In this document: positions 1 to 9,064 of the stretch, piece after piece
Numbering within the stretch: the first letter of the stretch is position 1
Layout: every line of letters starts with the position of its first letter
Assembly (NCBI GenBank): GCA_020833245.1
Contig: JAJHQQ010000001.1
Location: 1-60,157 of the forward strand
DNA length: 60,157 nt
DNA from: Desulfurococcaceae archaeon
GTDB lineage: Archaea; Thermoproteota; Thermoprotei_A; Sulfolobales; Desulfurococcaceae
Direction of reading: 5' to 3'
Notes under the pieces: generated by a model
What the model was told of the DNA's origin: nothing
The model's input: only the letters and a program-made list of their open reading frames with translations
The model's database searches: none
Made by a program: the position numbers and the translations under genes

Positions 1-136
1 TTACTTTACCGCAGTTAGGGCATGGGAACTCTACACCGTATTCTCCCGGGGTAAAAGGCCTCTTACAGCTACTACATAGAGGTGGAGAGGCCGGCTCTTC
101 TAGTTTAATTACTTCCCTCGTTGAAGCACTACTCAA
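1..136 (-). CDS. Zn-ribbon protein, N-terminal part only (runs off the window edge). Resembles archaeal COG2888-type CPxCG zinc-ribbon RNA-binding proteins.
   Basis: Not in the ORF track. The minus-strand frame from TTG (136..134) reads MSSASTREVIKLEEPASPPLCSSCKRPFTPGEYGVEFPCPNCGKV with no stop before position 1. It has a CxxC...CPxCG pattern. An AT-rich TATA-like box (plus 171-179) lies about 35-40 nt upstream. Confidence 0.4.
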   Translation of the reverse strand, partial: MSSASTREVIKLEEPASPPLCSSCKRPFTPGEYGVEFPCPNCGKV

Positions 137-224
137 AACAACATCACCGAATGTTAGCTAGAAAGCGGTAATTATATTTGAGCTTAATAAGCTATTCTAC
201 AGTCTAGTACTCTGGTAACCCTAA

Positions 225-824
225 CTAGAAGTACCTCTTCCACATTTCTGTTACGCCTTTCCTCTTAAGCGTGAACATTTCTCTGTCAATGTACTTGTAC
301 ACTGTTGAGTGCGGTCTCCCCTCAGTAAGCATTTCTACAGCCTTTTTAACTACGTTGCTAACCTCGTAGCTTGCTATTATAGCTACGAAGGTCTCGTATA
401 TTGAAATATACGCGCCAGTCATTTCTTCCAGTATTCTCCTCGTCTTGCCATTCTCCCCGATAATCCTGCCTAGTACTCTCTTAATGTGGTTGGGCTTGTC
501 GCCAATATACTGCCTTACGTCAATGACTTCGAGAACTTGGTCGTCTTCTAGAAGCCTAAAGGCTCTCTCGGGGCTAAAACCGTGAGCAATAGCCCTAACA
601 ATATTCTGCGCTTTCAGCAGGTCCAGGGCGGTAGTGCTCTGAAAAGCGGGCTCAATTACCACACTTCCACTCGTAGAGTCTACTGTCAACTTAGTTTTAG
701 TCTTCTCCTCTATTTCCCTCTTAACTCTCCCGTTACTACCGAGGAGAACGCCAATTCTGTCTAGTGGGACTTTCTCGTAGACTCTCGTTACTCCTAGAAT
801 AAAACGCCCCTCTTTCTCAGACAC
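225..824 (-). CDS. KH-domain RNA-binding protein (Dim2/Pno1-like)
   Basis: Two KH GxxG loops (LLGSNGRVKREIEE; IIGENGKTRRILEE). It sits downstream of Rio1 and aIF1A, as in the conserved archaeal cluster. Confidence 0.75.
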   Translation of the reverse strand: MSEKEGRFILGVTRVYEKVPLDRIGVLLGSNGRVKREIEEKTKTKLTVDSTSGSVVIEPAFQSTTALDLLKAQNIVRAIAHGFSPERAFRLLEDDQVLEVIDVRQYIGDKPNHIKRVLGRIIGENGKTRRILEEMTGAYISIYETFVAIIASYEVSNVVKKAVEMLTEGRPHSTVYKYIDREMFTLKRKGVTEMWKRYF

Positions 825-1609
825 GGCTCAATTCTACCTTTTAACTCCTCTCTCTGAACGTCTAGTTTAGCCTCTTTCACAAAAAACTTATATATGTTTT
901 CAACATCTCTATTCAGAAACTCTAAGGCACGCGGGTGTGAAAGTTCAACTGCCTGGCTTACATCTATCACGGCTATGTCGAGGTTTGGCTTAACCATAAT
1001 ATTGTACTCTGAGAGGTCTCCATGTACTAGCTCAGCGCTGCACACTATTTTTTCAAGTTCACTACACACTAGTTGAAATACTTGTCTCAACTCGTCTTCC
1101 GAGAGGTCTCTATAAGCCTCTACTAGAAGAGGGTACCTATAGGAGTCATCTCCGAGAAACTCCATAACTAAGACGTTGTTGAGACAAGTTACTGGCTTAG
1201 GGACTTTAACGCCGGCTTCCATCATTCTCTTTAAATTTCTAAACTCTTTGTGAGCCCACGCAATTATCAGCGACCTCGTGTCTTTAAAGGACATCTTCTC
1301 GAAGCGCGGATCGCCAATAATGTACTTGTATATACCTCTCTTAAATTCCGTAGTAGAAGTCAGGTATATTTTAACTGCGAGAGGCTCGTTTAGCGGACTA
1401 TACGCTAAGTAGACCCTCGACTCTTTACCCGAACTTACTACGCCATTGAGTCTCCTTATTACTCTCCTGCGAATAAGCTCAAGAATAGTTTTCACAGTTG
1501 CGGTGTCAAAAACCTCCTCGACTACCTTGAACTGGTCCTTATCCTTCTCTCTCCTCTCCCACCTTCTCAGTTTTTCTCTCATCGCTTTGTCTAGCTTGTC
1601 TACTTTCAT
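794..1609 (-). CDS. rio1: RIO-type serine/threonine protein kinase Rio1
   Basis: RIO signatures: SSGKESRVY...AVKIY (ATP-binding Lys), LVHGDLSEYNIM (catalytic loop), IDVSQAV (metal-binding Asp). The start overlaps the aIF1A stop by 4 nt. Confidence 0.85.
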   Translation of the reverse strand: MKVDKLDKAMREKLRRWERREKDKDQFKVVEEVFDTATVKTILELIRRRVIRRLNGVVSSGKESRVYLAYSPLNEPLAVKIYLTSTTEFKRGIYKYIIGDPRFEKMSFKDTRSLIIAWAHKEFRNLKRMMEAGVKVPKPVTCLNNVLVMEFLGDDSYRYPLLVEAYRDLSEDELRQVFQLVCSELEKIVCSAELVHGDLSEYNIMVKPNLDIAVIDVSQAVELSHPRALEFLNRDVENIYKFFVKEAKLDVQREELKGRIEPCLRKRGVLF

Positions 1610-1944
1610 GTTAACCCGCTTAGAGCATCAACGAATTCTTTCGGTATTATTCCTCTCTCTACGAGAGTATTAACTTCACTCTTGCTATACTTGTGTACTA
1701 GATCGCACTTGTCTGATCCAGCCCCCCATAAGCCAACTAACACGATGTCTCCTTCAATAATCCACACTTTCTTCCTAAGCTTACCAGGTATTCTCGCCTT
1801 CCTCTCGTACCCGTCAATACACCTAACTAGCACGTAGTCTCCTCCCAGGTGTCTCACAACACCACAGATTGTTGTCCCCTCCTCGGGGCTTGGGAGAGGG
1901 ATCTCTGTTTTTACCTCTTCGGGCTTCTTACTCTTCTTACTCAA
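1606..1944 (-). CDS. eif1a: Translation initiation factor aIF-1A
   Basis: S1/OB-fold eIF1A pattern (GDYVLVRCIDGYERKARIPGKLRKKVWIIEGDIVLV), about 110 aa. Confidence 0.9.
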   Translation of the reverse strand: MSKKSKKPEEVKTEIPLPSPEEGTTICGVVRHLGGDYVLVRCIDGYERKARIPGKLRKKVWIIEGDIVLVGLWGAGSDKCDLVHKYSKSEVNTLVERGIIPKEFVDALSGLT

Positions 1945-1948
1945 TTAA

Positions 1949-3010
1949 TCACCTCAATAACTCTGATTCACTGCCTACTATAATAGCCTCTATATCGTCA
2001 GCCTTTATTAAGAGAACGGTATCTCCTACTTTTATACGTGGAGTGATCCGGGCTCTCTTAAAGACTAGCTGGCTTCTAGTGTTCTCGTTTACTGCTACCA
2101 CCTCGTGTTCTCTCAGCTCTCTCACAATATAGCGCTCTATTTCTACTCTAGTAGGAGTCTTTAACTCGCCTGTCCAGTAAGAGGATAGTGGAATTTCCTC
2201 GCGGACACTACTACTGGGGTTAAAGAGTGTAATTCTGTTCTTTTTCAAATCCTCCACTATGTACAGGTTATTCCTGTAAATTACCACGTCTCCCTTATCA
2301 AATACTGGTATCCTAATAGAGTACGTTAAAACCCCCCTCCACACTCCTCTGTTGTGATCAAATCTCGTAGCTTTAAAAGACGTAGTAGATTTAGCTGAGT
2401 AGCCCCGTACTACTGCATGCACGATTTTTCTAGCTATAGTCGCGTCGTCTAACTCGATGTCGATACCGCTCTCAGCGTACTTGACGCTTACAACGCCATC
2501 TTGTAGAGGTAGTTTTTCTAGTAGTCTCTCTAAGTCTTCTACTAGGGAGCGTGGAGGGCTTCTTCTAGTAAATCTTATTTGAACTAGATGAGTGTACTTG
2601 CCAGAGCCTTTAAATACGCAGTGAGGGCATACTCTGTGTACTACTCTTCCAGGGACTTCCAGCAAAGTCGTGAACGTAGTGGTCTCAGTCTTTACGTGTA
2701 GTCTCAGCTTTACTCTAAACTCATCGGTATCCTGACTAGTGCTGATAACGTCTAGGTCAACTAGCTGCAGGCCTCTTCTAATGATCTTGCTGAGCTCGTT
2801 TAAACCTACACTTTTCACAATCTCATCTATACTTGTAGGCGCAAGCCACTTGCCTCTAAATAGCCACGAGTAGCATTTAGGGCAAATAGTTATCTCGAGT
2901 GTGGGTTTACGCTCAAATAACCCCACATGTTTTATAAAGCAATCGACGCAGTAGCCTTGTATAAGCTGATCTCGCGGCAGCTCTCGACCACACTTAACGC
3001 AGAAACGCAT
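1949..3010 (-). CDS. NMD3-family protein (archaeal homologue of the 60S export adaptor)
   Basis: N-terminal Cys clusters CVKCG...CVDC and CPKC...; about 350 aa; sits in a translation-gene neighbourhood. Confidence 0.7.
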   Translation of the reverse strand: MRFCVKCGRELPRDQLIQGYCVDCFIKHVGLFERKPTLEITICPKCYSWLFRGKWLAPTSIDEIVKSVGLNELSKIIRRGLQLVDLDVISTSQDTDEFRVKLRLHVKTETTTFTTLLEVPGRVVHRVCPHCVFKGSGKYTHLVQIRFTRRSPPRSLVEDLERLLEKLPLQDGVVSVKYAESGIDIELDDATIARKIVHAVVRGYSAKSTTSFKATRFDHNRGVWRGVLTYSIRIPVFDKGDVVIYRNNLYIVEDLKKNRITLFNPSSSVREEIPLSSYWTGELKTPTRVEIERYIVRELREHEVVAVNENTRSQLVFKRARITPRIKVGDTVLLIKADDIEAIIVGSESELLR

Positions 3011-3013
3011 TGT

Positions 3014-3340
3014 TTAAAACCTTATATAAATAGCGATCTTCACGTTACCAATACTGAGTACAGCGCTAGGATCTATTAAACCCGCTCTTATAGCGGCATT
3101 TACTATATTGCTACCCACGAGGTTTGCTTGCGTAGACGTCTTAAGCGCTTCGAGCGCCTCACCTATAGTGGTGAGTTCTCCTCTGTAAAAAGCGGGGTCC
3201 ACGTAGATACGCGTATTCCTCTCAGAGTCGACTATTAGTGCTCCAAGTAGTTCCTCGTCACAGGCGGCTACTACGGTCTCTTCACCTATGTTGTAGATCT
3301 TAATGTAGACTCTCAAATCCTGCTCATCATTGTTTCTCAT
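3014..3340 (-). CDS. DUF424-family protein
   Basis: VVAACDEELLG...FYRGE pattern and about 100 aa length, typical of archaeal DUF424 (COG2412). Recognised from memory only. Confidence 0.5.
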   Translation of the reverse strand: MRNNDEQDLRVYIKIYNIGEETVVAACDEELLGALIVDSERNTRIYVDPAFYRGELTTIGEALEALKTSTQANLVGSNIVNAAIRAGLIDPSAVLSIGNVKIAIYIRF

Positions 3341-3361
3341 TTAAACCAGCTCAAAATGGTG

Positions 3362-3856
3362 CTAGAAAGCTTGAAAAGTAGTTTCTGCACCGCATGCATC
3401 GCACTTCAAAACAAACACTTTTCCTCTCTTATAGAGCTTTGTGTGTGCTGATCCGCAAGTTGAGCACTTAACGTATTTTTGAACAAATCTCTCTAGAAGC
3501 TGGTTTACAGCCGTTGAGCTGAATTTACCCTTTAACTCTAACTGCCCAGCCTCATTCACGCTACCCGGAGTATTGAACTCCTTCATAAAATACCTCTTTA
3601 ACAAGTCCTCTTCTCTCCCCAGTGCGCGAGCTATTTCTCTAAAGTTCTGTATGATAGTCTTACCCCCAATTATAAGCACCGAGGCACGCGGCACTTCAAA
3701 TATCTCCTCAGAGCCCTTTTTCCCAGCTAGTTTCGTGAAAGCGCGCTCTAGTAGTGACTCGTACGAGTAGCCTATACCACTACTCAAAGGTCTACACCAC
3801 TCCTCTGTAATGTTAACTTCTTTAAAAGTCTTATAAGAACTTATTAGAGACCACAT
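3362..3856 (-). CDS. Translation initiation factor aIF-2 beta subunit
   Basis: YESLLERAF N-terminal helix and a C-terminal zinc ribbon CSTCGS...CDACGA. The true start may be the internal TTG at 3787 (MSSGIGYSYE..., about 141 aa). Confidence 0.85.
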   Translation of the reverse strand: MWSLISSYKTFKEVNITEEWCRPLSSGIGYSYESLLERAFTKLAGKKGSEEIFEVPRASVLIIGGKTIIQNFREIARALGREEDLLKRYFMKEFNTPGSVNEAGQLELKGKFSSTAVNQLLERFVQKYVKCSTCGSAHTKLYKRGKVFVLKCDACGAETTFQAF

Positions 3857-3869
3857 AGTGTAGAGAAGT

Positions 3870-5180
3870 GTGCTGTGCTACTGGTGCCTTTATTTGAGAG
3901 TTTACATTGAGACATACGGCTGTGCTCTCAATAGGAGTGATGAGGCCTTAATGAGGAGTACGCTGACTAGTAGAGGTCACAGCATAGTCAGTAGTGTTGA
4001 GGAAGCAGACGCCATAGTTGTAAACACGTGTATTGTTAGACTCGAAACAGAGTATCACATGGTTAACAGAATTAGAGCTCTACACGACTACTGTGTAAAA
4101 ACGGGAAAGAAGCTAATTGTCGCTGGATGTATGGCTAAAGTAGAACCCTACACTATTAGCCTAGTAGCGCCTAAAGCCAGCCTCATCTCCCCGCAGAACG
4201 CTGACAGAGTTCTCATCGCTGTTGAGAGCGAAGGCCGCGTAATACTGCTAAGTGGAGTGAGGAGGAGAGACGTTATTGACGTGTGTGCTGGCAGCAGCGT
4301 GGTGCCTATACCTATACAAGAGGGTTGTTTAGGCAACTGCTCATTCTGCGTGGCGAAGCACGCTAGAAGGCAACTTGTGAGTCACAGTATAGAGGCTATT
4401 GTGAAGACTGTGCAGAAGGCTGTGAAATTGGGAGCCGTGGAGGTGGAGTTAACGGGAATGGATCTAGGGGTCTACGGGTTAGACCTATACAGGAAGAGAG
4501 CGCTACCAGACCTACTACTCAGAATCACTAGGGAAGTTCCGGGAAACTACATGATTAGAGTTGGCATGATTAACCCTGAGCACTTAGCCAGCTTCCTCGA
4601 CGATATCATAGAAGTCGTGAGAAGTGAGAATAGAATATTCAAGTTCTTTCACATCCCCCTTCAGTCTGGTAGTGACAGAGTTCTCAAGCTAATGAGGAGA
4701 AACTACACTGTTGACGAGTATAGGAGCGTGATTAAAGAGATCAAGGCTAAAATACCCGATGTGAGCATCGCGACAGATGTAATTGTTGGTTTTCCAGGTG
4801 AGAGTGATGAAGACTTCGAGGAGACGCTGAGAGTAATTGAAGAGTTAGAATTTGAGAGAGTCCACATAGCCGGTTACAGTGTAAGGCCACTTACACTCGC
4901 AGCTTCTATGAGGCAAGTAGACACTGCCGTGAAGAAGAGGAGACTTGAACTGGCACTCAAAACTATTATGGATGTCGGGCTGAGAGTTAGACAAAAGTAC
5001 TTGAATACAAGAGTACCGTGTTTTGTCACGGAGAAGAGTGAGACTTGGGTCGCTAGACTAGTCAACTACATTCCAGTCGTCATTAAGGATCCGGGTAAGA
5101 ATGTGATTAACTACGGTGAGTGGCTTAGAGTCTACATTGACGAGGTAACCTTCTTTGATATTAGAGGATACATAGCGTAG
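3870..5180 (+). CDS. MiaB-like radical-SAM tRNA methylthiotransferase (MtaB/CDKAL1-type)
   Basis: UPF0004 N-domain (VYIETYGCALN), radical-SAM CLGNCSFC, and a C-terminal TRAM-like segment. An alternative start is TTG 3894 (MRVYIETYGC). Confidence 0.8.
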   Translation: MLCYWCLYLRVYIETYGCALNRSDEALMRSTLTSRGHSIVSSVEEADAIVVNTCIVRLETEYHMVNRIRALHDYCVKTGKKLIVAGCMAKVEPYTISLVAPKASLISPQNADRVLIAVESEGRVILLSGVRRRDVIDVCAGSSVVPIPIQEGCLGNCSFCVAKHARRQLVSHSIEAIVKTVQKAVKLGAVEVELTGMDLGVYGLDLYRKRALPDLLLRITREVPGNYMIRVGMINPEHLASFLDDIIEVVRSENRIFKFFHIPLQSGSDRVLKLMRRNYTVDEYRSVIKEIKAKIPDVSIATDVIVGFPGESDEDFEETLRVIEELEFERVHIAGYSVRPLTLAASMRQVDTAVKKRRLELALKTIMDVGLRVRQKYLNTRVPCFVTEKSETWVARLVNYIPVVIKDPGKNVINYGEWLRVYIDEVTFFDIRGYIA

Positions 5181-5194
5181 TAGTCGAGCTGTTC

Positions 5195-6034
5195 TCAGAG
5201 CACACCTGGAATTTTTACAGCCACGTTTTCAAGGACACAGTCTTCTTCTGAGAGGCTCTTTATAGTCTCTATGATCGTGCCGATAGCTTTTAGTAACTCG
5301 GTTTGTCTAATCGGAGTACTCAGGGGGAAGAGTTTCAAGGCTAGTTTAACACCCGTACTAGACATCTCTAGTAAGTTCACCTCCACCTCTTCTTTGAATA
5401 AAGGTATCTTAGTGGCTTCTAATTCTCGAATAATAGCGTTTACCTTGTCAACTATGCTTTTATCTGAGCACTTGTAGTTCACCTCTACAATTAACTGTAC
5501 GTAAATTGGTGTTATTTTAATAATTGAGCTGAGTGCGGCGTCGTTGCGAATATAGTACTCGTTGCCGAAGACGTCTTGAACTACTAGGTACTGTGCGTCT
5601 ATTTTTACTAGTCTCCCGCTTATAGCGCCCTCATGTTCTGGTAGAATTATGTCTAGAGACCTTGACTTGAAAACAGGGTTTATCTGTATGGCTAGTCCAG
5701 CTATGTAGGGCTTTATCACGTCAAATAGTACTATGTAGAGTATGAACGCTAATATTCCAAGTAGAGCTAGTACTACCCAGAATTGAGGTGAGAACAGAAG
5801 AATAGTTACTGATACCGTCACGAGGAAGGCTATGAGGTCTACTAGTCTTATAATAATCTCTAAGCCACGAGCAGATAGAACTCCCTTGTCTACGAGGGCT
5901 CTTAAAGCCCTCATAATGATTATTCTCAGTATAACCACTACTATAATTAGGGAGACGATAACTATAGTGTTACGTACAACTTGTTCAGAGATTAGGAGTG
6001 GACTCTGGTTGCTTACGCTACTTGTGTCCGTCAT
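5195..6034 (-). CDS. Small-conductance mechanosensitive channel (MscS-like) membrane protein
   Basis: Three N-terminal TM helices followed by a beta-domain-like GRLVKIDAQYLVVQDVFGNEYYIRNDAALSSII. Confidence 0.5.
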   Translation of the reverse strand: MTDTSSVSNQSPLLISEQVVRNTIVIVSLIIVVVILRIIIMRALRALVDKGVLSARGLEIIIRLVDLIAFLVTVSVTILLFSPQFWVVLALLGILAFILYIVLFDVIKPYIAGLAIQINPVFKSRSLDIILPEHEGAISGRLVKIDAQYLVVQDVFGNEYYIRNDAALSSIIKITPIYVQLIVEVNYKCSDKSIVDKVNAIIRELEATKIPLFKEEVEVNLLEMSSTGVKLALKLFPLSTPIRQTELLKAIGTIIETIKSLSEEDCVLENVAVKIPGVL

Positions 6035-6044
6035 TGAGTCGGGA

Positions 6045-6707
6045 TCAGCCTCTTATTTTCTTAATAAAGTCTGTGTTTGGAGCCAGTATTAATAAGACTT
6101 GTCCTGGCTCAAGCACGGTGTCTTTTGATGGTGGTGAAATACCCTGGTCATCTATGAGTGCTAAAACGTAGGCATTATTCTCTTCGAGTTTTAAGTCGCC
6201 TAGTCTACTGTTAACTGCCGCGTCTGTCTCGCTTATAGAGATCATGTAGACTCTCCCGGCGGGAGTTGTGCTCAGCTCTCTAGTGGAAACCATCGTCATA
6301 GTTACTTGTTTAAGTGTTTTCCCAATAAGAGTTGGCTTTATAATGGGTATTCCCAGGTGTAGCCGCTTAACTACGTCTGCTATGTGCCTGCTTCTGAATA
6401 GCCCTATTCTAATAGGTACTCCGTGAGTGTGCGCTACTGCGAGCGTAAGGAAGTTTACCTCGTCTCTACCAGTTAGTGCTAAAACCGCATTTACCTCTCT
6501 CAAATTAATGTACTCGTGTAGTGGTAGAGTAGTTATGTCTCCTTCAATAAAGAACACGTCTCCAAGCTTCTCAAACACTGATCGCCTATCGGGATCTCTC
6601 TCAACAACTATAATTTCCTCCGCGATCTCCTTGAAAGCGGGGTCGGAGAGCAAAGCCTCAGAGGTATCTCCTCCACCAACAACTAAGACTTTAAGTTTAG
6701 TAACCAT
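6045..6707 (-). CDS. TrkA-type K+ transport regulatory protein (TrkA-N plus TrkA-C)
   Basis: Rossmann start KVLVVGGGDTSEAL...VVERD and a C-terminal TrkA-C-like segment (GDLKLEENNAYVLALI...GQVLLILAP). Confidence 0.7.
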   Translation of the reverse strand: MVTKLKVLVVGGGDTSEALLSDPAFKEIAEEIIVVERDPDRRSVFEKLGDVFFIEGDITTLPLHEYINLREVNAVLALTGRDEVNFLTLAVAHTHGVPIRIGLFRSRHIADVVKRLHLGIPIIKPTLIGKTLKQVTMTMVSTRELSTTPAGRVYMISISETDAAVNSRLGDLKLEENNAYVLALIDDQGISPPSKDTVLEPGQVLLILAPNTDFIKKIRG

Positions 6708-6820
6708 AAGTTACCATCCGAGACGTAGTGCCAGTTAAACCAAAATTGCTATTAATAGTTTAATTGGGTTATAAAGACAACAGAGATCAGAGCTTGAAGG
6801 CGTCTTAAATAAGGGAGTCG

Positions 6821-6895
6821 CGGGCCCGCCGGGATTTGAACCCGGGACCTCCGGCTTAGAAGGCCGGCGCCCTGTCCTGGCTAGGCGACGGGCCC
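6821..6895 (-). tRNA. tRNA-Arg (anticodon UCU)
   Basis: The reverse complement GGGCCCGTCGCCTAGCCAGGACAGGGCGCCGGCCTTCTAAGCCGGAGGTCCCGGGTTCAAATCCCGGCGGGCCCG folds as a cloverleaf. The anticodon stem is CCGGC/GCCGG with loop CTTCTAA. There is a T-loop GTTCAAATC, no encoded CCA, and an AT-rich box about 30 nt upstream. Confidence 0.9.
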
Positions 6896-7010
6896 TCTAA
6901 GTTTCTTCTCCCAGTAGAGGTTAATAATTATTCTATCCTCACAGATCTTGCCTCGTGGTTTTAGCGACTTATTATCTCCTATTGCTATACTAGTTTAAAG
7001 GTGTCTTAGT

Positions 7011-7592
7011 GTGCTTTACGAGATACTATTTTACGGGAGGGGTGGACAGGGGGCAGTAACGGCTTCTCACATACTAGTTCAAGCGGCTATATATGAAAAC
7101 AAGTATGGGCAGGGTTTTCCGTTTTTCGGCGCTGAGAGGAGAGGCGCTCCTGTAACAGCTTATGCTAGAGTTAGCGATAAGCCTATTTTGAGGCGGGGGG
7201 TTTTCAGCAGAGCTGACTTCATTGTAGTGTTTGATCACAGGCTTATACAGCTGGGTTTCCTCAAGAAAATACAGGTGAAGAGTAACGGCGCGCTAGTACT
7301 CAACGCGAGTAGTAATGTGGATATAAAGAGGGATCTCGTTAACGCTGAGGGGAGAGTTCACGTCTACGTTGTGGATGCTACTAGAATAGCTAAGGATTTG
7401 GGACTTACAGTAGCGGGGTGGCCTCTTGTAAACACAGCTATGCTCGGTGCTCTCGTTAAGGCGCTACCAGTAGTCTCGCTAGAGAGCACGGAGAAAGCTA
7501 TATTAGAGTACTTTGGGCCTAGAGCGGGTAAAGTCAACAGTGAGGCGGCTATTAGAGCCTACAAGGAGCTCGAGTACGTAGGAGAGGTGTAG
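7011..7592 (+). CDS. 2-oxoacid:ferredoxin oxidoreductase, gamma subunit (POR/VOR type)
   Basis: Gamma-subunit N-terminus GRGGQGAVTASHIL. It is the first gene of a gamma-delta-alpha-beta operon with near-abutting or overlapping junctions. Confidence 0.85.
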   Translation: MLYEILFYGRGGQGAVTASHILVQAAIYENKYGQGFPFFGAERRGAPVTAYARVSDKPILRRGVFSRADFIVVFDHRLIQLGFLKKIQVKSNGALVLNASSNVDIKRDLVNAEGRVHVYVVDATRIAKDLGLTVAGWPLVNTAMLGALVKALPVVSLESTEKAILEYFGPRAGKVNSEAAIRAYKELEYVGEV

Positions 7593-7596
7593 AGTA

Positions 7597-7881
7597 GTGG
7601 TTAGAGTCGTAAAGCCCGAGGAGAACTATAAGCTACCGCTCACTAAGCCCGTAGTTGGAGTTGCGGGTAAAACGGGACTGTGGAGAACTATGAGGCCCGT
7701 AGTAGACAATGAGAAGTGTACTCGGTGCTATCAGTGCGAGATATACTGCCCAGTAAACGTTATACGCGTTGAGCCAGAGCTCGGGGTTACTATAGACTAC
7801 GAGTACTGCAAAGGCTGTGGTATATGTGAAGATGTCTGTCCTAGAAGCGCAATAGTAATGGTGCCTGAGCCGGGCGAGTAG
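7597..7881 (+). CDS. 2-oxoacid:ferredoxin oxidoreductase, delta subunit (2x[4Fe-4S] ferredoxin-like)
   Basis: Two CxxCxxCxxxCP motifs (CTRCYQCEIYCP; CKGCGICEDVCP). Confidence 0.85.
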   Translation: MVRVVKPEENYKLPLTKPVVGVAGKTGLWRTMRPVVDNEKCTRCYQCEIYCPVNVIRVEPELGVTIDYEYCKGCGICEDVCPRSAIVMVPEPGE

Positions 7882-7882
7882 A

Positions 7883-9064
7883 GTGCCACGGGTAATCGCG
7901 TTAACTGGAAATCACGCAGTAGCGTACGCTGTAAAGCTAGCTAAACCAGACGTTATCGCCGCTTACCCCATTACGCCTCAGTCACCCATAGTAGAAAAGC
8001 TCTCAGAGATGATTGAGTCAGGGGAGCTCAAGTCGTCTATGATAAGAGTCGAGTCTGAGCACTCAGCGCTAGCAGCCTGCTTCGGCGCAGCTGTAGCTGG
8101 AGCCCGCGTGTTTACGGCTACTAGTAGTCAAGGCCTACTATACATGCACGAAGTTGTCCACTGGGCTTCTAGGGCGAGGATACCAATGGTTATGGCTCTA
8201 GTATCCAGGACTATTAATACGCCGTGGAATATATGGCCCGATCACAGCGACTTCGTAGACCAGAGAGACGCTGGGTGGATAATGGCGTACGCCATGGACA
8301 ACCAGGAGGCATTTGACCTCACATTGCAGGCGTTTAAGATCAGTGAGGACCCCTCTGTTTACCTGCCAGTAATGATTGGTATCGAGGGCTTTATTCTGAG
8401 CCACACAGCAATGCCAGTTGAAATCCTAGATGAAAAGCAAGTTGAGGAGTGGCTGGGTGAGAGGAAACAGCCCTACATAGTAGACGGCTCAGAGCCGCTG
8501 GGTCTTGGGGGCTTAACGCCGCCTGAAGATACAGAGGACATGTTTTATGGTATTCAGGTCGCTATGGAGAAGTCGAAGGATACTATTAGGAGAGTCGATA
8601 GAGAGTACGGTAAGCTATTTGGTAGAGAGTACGGTGGACTAGTATCCTGTTACAATTGTAGTGACGCGAAGTACTTCGCGGTCGCTATGGGTAGCTGGAG
8701 TGGTGACTTAATTGAGGCTACTAGTAAGCTTAGAGATGAGGGGTATTCTCTAGGAGTAGTTAGAGTTAGATTTTACAGGCCATTTCCCCACGAAGACCTG
8801 TGGGGTACTTTGAGAGGAGCAAAGGGGGTTTTCGTGTTTGATAGGGCTATAAGCTTCGGGGCGTGGGGTCCAATATACACAGACCTCGTGGCAGGGTTAT
8901 TACAGTATACTAGTAAGCTGCCGCCAGTGGTAAATGTCGTCGCGGGAATAGCCGGTGTCCACGTGGGAGCGGAGGACTTCTACGAGGTATTAAAATCCCT
9001 TATAGGTCAAGTTGAGAGCGGTCTCGAACACGGCTACTTTAAGTGGGTGAGGGTTAGAAGGTGA
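7883..9064 (+). CDS. 2-oxoacid:ferredoxin oxidoreductase, alpha subunit
   Basis: N-terminus LTGNHAVAYA...AYPITPQS, typical of POR/VOR alpha; about 390 aa. Confidence 0.85.
   Translation: MPRVIALTGNHAVAYAVKLAKPDVIAAYPITPQSPIVEKLSEMIESGELKSSMIRVESEHSALAACFGAAVAGARVFTATSSQGLLYMHEVVHWASRARIPMVMALVSRTINTPWNIWPDHSDFVDQRDAGWIMAYAMDNQEAFDLTLQAFKISEDPSVYLPVMIGIEGFILSHTAMPVEILDEKQVEEWLGERKQPYIVDGSEPLGLGGLTPPEDTEDMFYGIQVAMEKSKDTIRRVDREYGKLFGREYGGLVSCYNCSDAKYFAVAMGSWSGDLIEATSKLRDEGYSLGVVRVRFYRPFPHEDLWGTLRGAKGVFVFDRAISFGAWGPIYTDLVAGLLQYTSKLPPVVNVVAGIAGVHVGAEDFYEVLKSLIGQVESGLEHGYFKWVRVRR

Noticed and set aside
3937-3966. GTGATGA ... CTGA box pair inside the MiaB-like gene
   Set aside because: The spacing is 19 nt rather than 12, there are no C'/D' boxes and no upstream TATA box. 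The sequence is explained by the coding sequence (NRSDEALMRSTLT).
4804-4830. GTGATGA-16 nt-CTGA inside the MiaB-like gene
   Set aside because: It lies within a conserved acidic coding segment (ESDEDFEETLRV) and has the wrong spacing, so it is a chance match.
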